A stretch of 64,000 bases of DNA from Chthonomonadales bacterium (GTDB lineage: Bacteria > Armatimonadota > Chthonomonadetes > Chthonomonadales > CAJBBX01): assembly GCA_037443035.1 (NCBI GenBank), contig JBBIPC010000007.1, forward strand, positions 119,658 through 183,657. Direction: 5' to 3'. This document shows positions 57,698-64,000 of this stretch, piece after piece (the stretch's first letter is position 1; every line of letters begins with the position of its first letter). Made by a program: the position numbers and the translations under genes. The notes under the pieces are model-generated. The model ran no database searches and was not told the DNA's origin. It saw only the letters and a program-made list of their open reading frames with translations.

Positions 57698-58768
57698 ATG
57701 CGAAGAGTGACATTGCGGGACATAGCGAGCGCGGTGGGAACGACTCCCGCCACTGTCTCCAAGGTGCTCACGGGCAGGGGCGACGGGCTCATCAGCGAAG
57801 CCACACGCCAGAGAATACGGGATGCCGCTCGGGAGCTCGGCTACAGCCCCAATCTCGCGGCACGCGCGCTCGTGACAGGCCGAACCCACTGCATCGCCCT
57901 ATGGGCGGAAACGCTAGCCGACTACCATGCCGTCGTGGCCAACGTCCTCATGGATGTTCTGCGCCCCTCGCGCTACGAGATGGTCATTACCGATGTCGTC
58001 AAGCACCCCGACTGGCACGCCTATTTCCAGCGCCATGCTCCATGGCCTGTGGACGGGATCATCGCCCTGGACTCGCCGCACAGCGTCCAGTCCTACCTGG
58101 AGGCCAGCGCCGGACGAGCCGCACCCGTCGTCAGCGCCGGCGCCTACTACACCACCCAAACCGATTACGTCGGAGTAGACCTCGCTACCGGCGTGCGAGA
58201 GGCTGCCTTCCATGTCGCGGAAGAGGGCTGCAAGCGCATCGCCCACCTCACCTGCCGCCACGGCATGCGGCCCAACGATTCCCGAAGACTCGCCTACGAG
58301 CAGGCCATGGCCGCGATGGGCCTAGAGCCGGTGCTCCTCGTGACGGATCAGTCTTCGCGCGAAAATGCCCGCTCTCTCGTCCGCGAGCTGGCCAGCACGC
58401 ACGACCTGCCGGACGCGCTCCTCTGCTTCAACGACGAAATGGCCATCGGGGCCTATCGTGGTCTTCGGGAAATGGGAGTGCGCATTCCCGAAGACGTGGC
58501 CCTGACAGGCTGCGATGGGATTCCCGATACGGCCTACTTCGACCAGCCCATCACGACCATCGTCCAGCCTGTGGACGAACTCTGCAACCAGGCGTGGCAG
58601 TGCCTCATGAACAGACTCGACCGGCCCGACTTGCCCCTCCAGTCGCAGATCCTGCCCGCCAGCTTGTGCATCCGAGCCTCGTCGCGACGCAGCGGAACAG
58701 CCGCTATCTGCGCCTCCGCCAAGCCACCCGACGAGCGACCCAACCCGTCACCTGCCGGAGGAGATTAG
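57698..58768 (+). CDS. LacI-family transcriptional regulator
   Basis: VTLRDIA...TVSKVL, LGYSPNLAARAL, CFNDEMAIG, ITTIVQP. Confidence 0.95.
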   Translation: MRRVTLRDIASAVGTTPATVSKVLTGRGDGLISEATRQRIRDAARELGYSPNLAARALVTGRTHCIALWAETLADYHAVVANVLMDVLRPSRYEMVITDVVKHPDWHAYFQRHAPWPVDGIIALDSPHSVQSYLEASAGRAAPVVSAGAYYTTQTDYVGVDLATGVREAAFHVAEEGCKRIAHLTCRHGMRPNDSRRLAYEQAMAAMGLEPVLLVTDQSSRENARSLVRELASTHDLPDALLCFNDEMAIGAYRGLREMGVRIPEDVALTGCDGIPDTAYFDQPITTIVQPVDELCNQAWQCLMNRLDRPDLPLQSQILPASLCIRASSRRSGTAAICASAKPPDERPNPSPAGGD

Positions 58769-58772
58769 CACC

Positions 58773-59027
58773 ATGCATCGGCGTCGGATCCTTGCCATGG
58801 CACGACTTCTCGCCTTCGCCGTCATCTTGTGCACACTCGGAAGCTGCAAACGCGAGGCCCCGGCCCCGCCACCACCCACGCCAGAGCGCGTCAAGGCGGG
58901 TGTCGAGGCCACCGTAGAGCGAATTCGAAAAGATCCGAACATGACTCCTCAACAGAAAGAACAGGCCATACGCGCACTGTATGGCATGGCAGGAGGCATA
59001 CGCACTCAGGGATCCGGAAAGCCCTGA
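58773..59027 (+). CDS. Small lipoprotein
   Basis: GGAGGAG RBS; basic N-terminus, hydrophobic core, LGS/C lipobox; Pro-rich linker. Confidence 0.75.
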   Translation: MHRRRILAMARLLAFAVILCTLGSCKREAPAPPPPTPERVKAGVEATVERIRKDPNMTPQQKEQAIRALYGMAGGIRTQGSGKP

Positions 59028-59090
59028 ACCCATCCGCTGCGGATCTTCGGCATGGTAGCACTGACCATCTCACACAAGGAGGAAAACACT

Positions 59091-59900
59091 GTGAGAAAAG
59101 GCTTCACACTCATCGAGCTGCTCGTCGTGATCGCCATCATCGCGATCCTTGCAGCCATCCTCTTCCCCGTCTTCGCCCAGGCACGCGCCAAAGCGCGACA
59201 GACTATGTGCCTCAGCAACACCAAACAGGTCGGCCTGGCAATGCAGATGTACGCCCAGGACTATGACGAGACCGTTCCCGCGGTCTTCCGCAATGTCCCT
59301 GGCGCGTCCACTAGCATCGACTCCTACATGGTCCTCGTGCCCTACGTGAAGAGCATCAACCTCTGGTTCTGCCCGGACCGCACGGATACGGGGTGTGGAG
59401 GCCCGACAGGACCCGGCACCATCAACCCCGACGGCCGGTGCATCGGTTACGGCTACAACTGGGGGGCCGACATCTACGCGGGAGGCGGCCTCCTGGGGCC
59501 CGAAACCACCGCCCCCGACGGCACCCGCTACTCCGCCGGCAAGGCCCTTGCCGCGCTGACCAAGCCAGCGGAAGTCATGGCATTCACGGATACCTATGAC
59601 ACCCACCGCTACACCATGGGGGTGCTGTACATTCTCAGCCGGTACTCTGGTGGGCAGAGCAACAACTCGCTACGCCACGGTTCCCGCTTCAACACGATAT
59701 TCGCCGACGGTCATGCGAAGAATATGAAGTGGCGAGGAGGATTGTTCGCCGGTGTCCAAGTTGCCGCCATGCCCGCCGGCCTTCCCAACGCCCTCATGTA
59801 CTGCGCCGACGAGAACGAGACCTTGCCGACCTACGGCATGACGTGTGGTCAGCTCATCACACTCGTCTACAACTACTACATCCTCTGGTGGCCTGACTGA
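59091..59900 (+). CDS. DUF1559 / H-X9-DG prepilin-like protein
   Basis: AAGGAGG then [51 protein letters not shown]. Confidence 0.93.
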   Translation: MRKGFTLIELLVVIAIIAILAAILFPVFAQARAKARQTMCLSNTKQVGLAMQMYAQDYDETVPAVFRNVPGASTSIDSYMVLVPYVKSINLWFCPDRTDTGCGGPTGPGTINPDGRCIGYGYNWGADIYAGGGLLGPETTAPDGTRYSAGKALAALTKPAEVMAFTDTYDTHRYTMGVLYILSRYSGGQSNNSLRHGSRFNTIFADGHAKNMKWRGGLFAGVQVAAMPAGLPNALMYCADENETLPTYGMTCGQLITLVYNYYILWWPD

Positions 59901-59927
59901 TCGCCACGCCAGGGTAACCCACATCGC

Positions 59928-60992
59928 TCAACGGGCCGTGCTTCTCCTGCTCCTCGGGGCCGCACGGCCCTGCGCTGTCGCAACGGTGCCTTGTTCGATG
60001 TGCGTACCCAGTTCCAGCGAAAGCTCGGCAATCCGCTGCATGATGGCTTGACAGTCGGCCGGCCGTGCAGCCACGGGCGCGCATGCCTGGAGGACATAGG
60101 GTCTCACGGTGGCGCCGATCACCCCTTGGCGGTTCAGCGTTGCCACGAGCATCATGGTGCGCGAAGCATCGGTGCGCTCGGTGTCGAAGACGAAGTTGCC
60201 GAGCGAGTACGCGACGAGCGCTCGCCTACCGCCGGGACCAGGTAGCCACTCTAGTCCCTGGACCACATGCGGGTGGTGGCCCAGCACGAGGTCTGCACCA
60301 GCACTCGCGGCGGCTCGGGCCAGCTCTCGTTGGCGATGCGATGGTCGGGGAGAATACTCCTGTCCCCAATGGCAGGATACGATGACCAAGTCTGCCACGG
60401 CTCGGGCCTCCGCAGTCGCCTGTCGGATACGACCTACCGATGCAACTGATATCCCTGGGAGGTCGTCGCGCGGAAACGAGGCGTCCTGCGCGATGTCACA
60501 GAATCCCAGAAAGGCTAGACGCAATCCACGCCGAACGATCACGGTTGGCCGCGCGGCTTCAGCGCCTGTCTTGCCGGCACCGCAGGCATGGATGCCCTGC
60601 TTAGCCAGGAATATCATGGTGTCGGTCAATCCAGTGCGCCCGCAGTCGAGCGTGTGATTGTTGGCCAGGGAGAGCACGTCGAAGCCGGCGTCGCTCAATC
60701 CCGCGGCCACCTCAGGTGTAGCCCGGAAACTGAACGGTTTCGGTGCCGGTCTCCCGCTAGCGGTGATGGGGCATTCCAGGTTGCCGAATGCCACATCTGC
60801 CTGCCGGAGAAGCGGTGCAACATGCTTGTAGGGGTAGTGAGGCCCCTTCCGCTCGATGTGCCCTCGGACGCCCCTGTCCAGCAGAATGTCACCGACCGCG
60901 ACGATCGTGACGCGGCCATCTGCGCCTGGGATGACCGCAAGGGTGGCACCGAACGCGACGGTGGTCCAGACCGCGGTCAACGGCAAGCGCAT
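59928..60992 (-). CDS. CapA-family metallophosphoesterase
   Basis: VGDILL, GNLEC, LANNH, HWGQE, GHHPHV, YSLGNF. Confidence 0.92.
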   Translation of the reverse strand: MRLPLTAVWTTVAFGATLAVIPGADGRVTIVAVGDILLDRGVRGHIERKGPHYPYKHVAPLLRQADVAFGNLECPITASGRPAPKPFSFRATPEVAAGLSDAGFDVLSLANNHTLDCGRTGLTDTMIFLAKQGIHACGAGKTGAEAARPTVIVRRGLRLAFLGFCDIAQDASFPRDDLPGISVASVGRIRQATAEARAVADLVIVSCHWGQEYSPRPSHRQRELARAAASAGADLVLGHHPHVVQGLEWLPGPGGRRALVAYSLGNFVFDTERTDASRTMMLVATLNRQGVIGATVRPYVLQACAPVAARPADCQAIMQRIAELSLELGTHIEQGTVATAQGRAAPRSRRSTAR

Positions 60993-60998
60993 CCTGCG

Positions 60999-62990
60999 CT
61001 ACCTCGTCCACTGGCAACGGTAGCTGAAACGGCGATTGGGGGCGGTATCGCCAGACGTGCAGAGGGCGATGGGATCCCGCAGTACGCCTGGATTGTCGGC
61101 CCACTTGAAATCGAAGGCGAAAGACCGGCCGCCCAGACCGACGATGGACCGCGGGATACTCAGTTCGAGCTTGTTGCCAGCGTAACGCATGGGCAGTCTT
61201 GCCACTTCCACCCAGCGTCCGTCCGGCCAGCGGCCTATGTACCGCATGAGAGTCGTCAGACCGTTGGACAGAACCCGCTTGTTCACGAGATAGTCATAGC
61301 CGAACCAGCCAGTCTGCGCGTTCCTATCGGTGTCCAGGAACAGCAGCATCCAGTTATCGCCGGTGTGAGGTGTCAGCGGTCCGCGGGTTTCAGCGTAGAA
61401 CGATACGTTCCTGGCATCCACGGCAACCTTGCAGGTCAGAATGTCGTTCCTTCCCGTGGTATCCGTGTAATGCAGCCCTCCGTAACCGTTGTAGTCCCGA
61501 TGGAAGGTATCGCCCACCGTATCTCTGTACTCTACGTTCACCCCTGACCAATCTGCGAAACGACCGTCAATGGTGATCTTCCGCAGACCCCTAAGGACAG
61601 GGATGGGCCGTACGCCCTTGTAACGCCGTATGTTCAGGACCATCTGCATGTAGTAGTTGTCGGTATAGCCGCCTTTCATGGGCTGGATGCACCGGTTGAA
61701 CTCGGCGTTGTACTGATCCACGAAGAAGTAGTCGCTCTGCCGTCGCATGAACGGGAACTTCGTGCCTGGGGAGGGAGAGTACTTACCGGCTGTCCATTCG
61801 TTCCAGTCGTTGATGTAGAGGAACTGGGGATTCGCACCGATAGCCTCGTCGAAGCGCTGCTGAAAATAGATGCCATAGCCCTCGGGTCGTGCCACGGTCT
61901 TGCCGAGCCACGGAACGTGGGTCGGCAGAGGCAGGTCATGCTCGTCGAGCTGGGGCTCTCCGTTCTCTCGTGTCCAGGACTTGCCCACGAGGCTTGAAGG
62001 GTGCTGGGCCGGGGTCACCGCTGCTTCCTCGCGCTTACCTCTGTGGGTCGAGACAAGCTCCTCGGGCTTCATGGCCTTCACCCGCGGATCGGCAAGATCC
62101 AAGCCGAAGCTCCAGTTGTCCTCCGTCCCTACATAGCGCTTTCCTGCCCAAGCGTAGTATCCCCACCACATGCTCCGAAGCGTGAAGAAGCTCTTGACCT
62201 CTTTCGTGTAGTCCTTGTAGAACTCCTCAGCATAATCGGGATCACCGTAATACGGATGCGATGGATCGGTCTTCGCCTTGGGGTCGTAGTGAGGATTCCT
62301 GTTCTGGTAGCGTTGGCCCGTTGCATCGGCGAACGGCGTACCGTTGTAGAGGAGGAGGGGCTTACCGTCCCAGTAGAACCAGAGGTCCTTGTACTTCCCC
62401 TCCTTGTAAATGCGGTCGTATAGGCTTTGTACGACGGAGATCACAGGACCATTGAACGCCCAGAAGCAGAAGTGGGGCACCTTGTTGCCCTCTGCCTTCA
62501 TCCGTTGCATGACGGTGAAGATTGTGTCCCACTCCTGCCAGTAACAGACGGCGTTCGTAACGTCCATGACGAGTACATCCACACCAGCGTCGGCAAGCAT
62601 GGACATGTCCTTGCGGATGACGTACTCGTCACGGCTGAGGAAATAACCCATCTCCGGCTCACCCCAGTGGTACGATCCCTCGGACCATAGGGGATGCCTC
62701 GCGTCGAGACGGGCGGAGGGGTCCTTGGCCAGTATCTTGCTCACATCGGCAGTGTACGGGCTCTTGAAGTTCGTGTGGTGTGCGTCGCTGTGCCAAGTGA
62801 TATAGAAGATGCCCACGACACGGCGTTGGTCCTTCTTCACCGGGCCTACCTCGGCAACCGTCGGCATTCTACGCCCGAGGGCGTCCGTCCCCACCCATGT
62901 ATCAGGATAGATGTCGCGGAGCTGGCCGCCGGCAAGTGTTGGCGATAATGCGATGAGCAGGGTTAGCAGTGGGGAGTATGGTCGGAGCAT
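60999..62990 (-). CDS. Secreted putative glycoside hydrolase (GH71/GH99-like TIM barrel plus C-terminal beta domain)
   Basis: Signal peptide; VGIFYITWH, WGEPEMGY, DAGVD, INDWNEW; family assignment tentative. Confidence 0.65.
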   Translation of the reverse strand: MLRPYSPLLTLLIALSPTLAGGQLRDIYPDTWVGTDALGRRMPTVAEVGPVKKDQRRVVGIFYITWHSDAHHTNFKSPYTADVSKILAKDPSARLDARHPLWSEGSYHWGEPEMGYFLSRDEYVIRKDMSMLADAGVDVLVMDVTNAVCYWQEWDTIFTVMQRMKAEGNKVPHFCFWAFNGPVISVVQSLYDRIYKEGKYKDLWFYWDGKPLLLYNGTPFADATGQRYQNRNPHYDPKAKTDPSHPYYGDPDYAEEFYKDYTKEVKSFFTLRSMWWGYYAWAGKRYVGTEDNWSFGLDLADPRVKAMKPEELVSTHRGKREEAAVTPAQHPSSLVGKSWTRENGEPQLDEHDLPLPTHVPWLGKTVARPEGYGIYFQQRFDEAIGANPQFLYINDWNEWTAGKYSPSPGTKFPFMRRQSDYFFVDQYNAEFNRCIQPMKGGYTDNYYMQMVLNIRRYKGVRPIPVLRGLRKITIDGRFADWSGVNVEYRDTVGDTFHRDYNGYGGLHYTDTTGRNDILTCKVAVDARNVSFYAETRGPLTPHTGDNWMLLFLDTDRNAQTGWFGYDYLVNKRVLSNGLTTLMRYIGRWPDGRWVEVARLPMRYAGNKLELSIPRSIVGLGGRSFAFDFKWADNPGVLRDPIALCTSGDTAPNRRFSYRCQWTR

Positions 62991-63104
62991 GGCGGTATCT
63001 CTCCAGTCTTGGCGGTCTGGGCGCACAACCCGTCGCGTCTTCGCCACTTGCTTGGGTAGGTCCTGCCAGTCCGACGGTGTCACGCAGACGGTCGAGGATC
63101 CGGC

Positions 63105-64000
63105 CTATTGTTCCTCGATCATCATCCAGCGCTCGGAGGTGGCGTGACTTCCGCAGCGCACCGCAAGACCATCCGGGTTGGCAAGGAGGAAGTACTTCAC
63201 CCCGTCCATCTCCACCCGCAGACCGATGGCACGCCCCAACGGCACGGCCAAGCCGTCACGGTCCGTGCATGGAATGAACACGGGTGCCGGGATGTGCCTA
63301 GCAGAGGACAGCATGAACACCGTGGCGAACGCGCACGACGAGGCGCGCTTCCTTGCGATCACGATTGGCACGCGGTCCGCCGTGTTCGAACCGACGCCGG
63401 TACCGAAGAAGTACGTGCCAACTCCAGATGCCATTACAACCATCGGCATGAGGGATCCGCTCTGGATCCTGGAGCTCGCGCGCACGCTCGTTCCCGTGGT
63501 CTCTCGAAGTCCCATGAGGTACCGGTACCCCTCTCGGCTGATCTGCGACAGCGGCCTCGATGCGGGCAGATCGGCCCACCTTCCACTCGGATGCCAGACA
63601 AGGTCCAGCGTCCTGGATCTACCATCGGCTGCATGGAGCAAGTCCACAACGACGAGAGCGGATTGGCCAACCAAAGTGGCCATTCGACGAAACTGGACAG
63701 GTCCCAATGCCGACCCGGCGTCCGTGAGAGACGTGGCGATGGACCCCTGGTTCGAGAAGGCCAGCAGCCGACCCGTGGCCGGACGCTGATTGTGCTCATC
63801 TGCCGCAACGGTGTTGTGAGCAACCGTTGTCTTGTACCACCCGTCTGCCACGGGCGTGAGATAGGCACCTACGCCTGGATCGTCCAGGAGCATCCGCCGA
63901 CGGTGGTAAAGAACGAGGTTGTTCTTGTCCGGATGCCCGTGGTCACCGCCGTGGGGCCCGTACTTGACGCACACCCAGGTGGCCGACCCGCCAGCACCGT
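63105..64000 (-). CDS. Heparinase II/III-family protein, C-terminal part (5' end outside window)
   Basis: GGDHGHPD, LDDPG..Y, YKTTVAHNTV; frame open to window edge. Confidence 0.85.
   Translation of the reverse strand, partial: GAGGSATWVCVKYGPHGGDHGHPDKNNLVLYHRRRMLLDDPGVGAYLTPVADGWYKTTVAHNTVAADEHNQRPATGRLLAFSNQGSIATSLTDAGSALGPVQFRRMATLVGQSALVVVDLLHAADGRSRTLDLVWHPSGRWADLPASRPLSQISREGYRYLMGLRETTGTSVRASSRIQSGSLMPMVVMASGVGTYFFGTGVGSNTADRVPIVIARKRASSCAFATVFMLSSARHIPAPVFIPCTDRDGLAVPLGRAIGLRVEMDGVKYFLLANPDGLAVRCGSHATSERWMMIEEQ

Noticed and set aside
59928..60992. Poly-gamma-glutamate capsule locus
   Set aside because: No capB/capC; stand-alone CapA-domain genes are common.

Overview
GC-rich bacterial chromosome segment with about 50 genes, read by eye without database searches. 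The gene content (DUF1559/H-X9-DG prepilin, very large minor pilins, many secreted glycan enzymes, BTAD-ATPase regulator) suggests Armatimonadota; this is inference. 1-16.6 kb is a minus-strand type IV pilus operon: pilB-pilT-pilC-pilD, four pilin-like genes (three giant, in PilV/PilW/PilX order) and a PilY1-like beta-propeller gene that runs off the left edge and is missing from the ORF track. 16.6-31.5 kb holds housekeeping and sugar genes (aroE, sulfatase, pyrG, GH51, tetraheme cytochrome c). 31.7-37.6 kb is an accessory patch: a four-helix-bundle gene with an internal palindromic 9-mer array, a GTAG-type REP doublet, and the best candidate for a novel system. That candidate is a SARP/STAND regulator, phased SARP-type direct repeats, a small secreted Ig-like protein and an intact IS701-like transposase ORF lacking all three DDE catalytic residues, closed by a terminator. 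37.6-64 kb holds hydrolases, an aspC/tyrB-type aminotransferase, argB, an ApbE/FGE-like/Gfo-Idh-MocA cluster and an autoregulated LacI-lipoprotein-prepilin cassette. No rRNA, tRNA or CRISPR array was seen.
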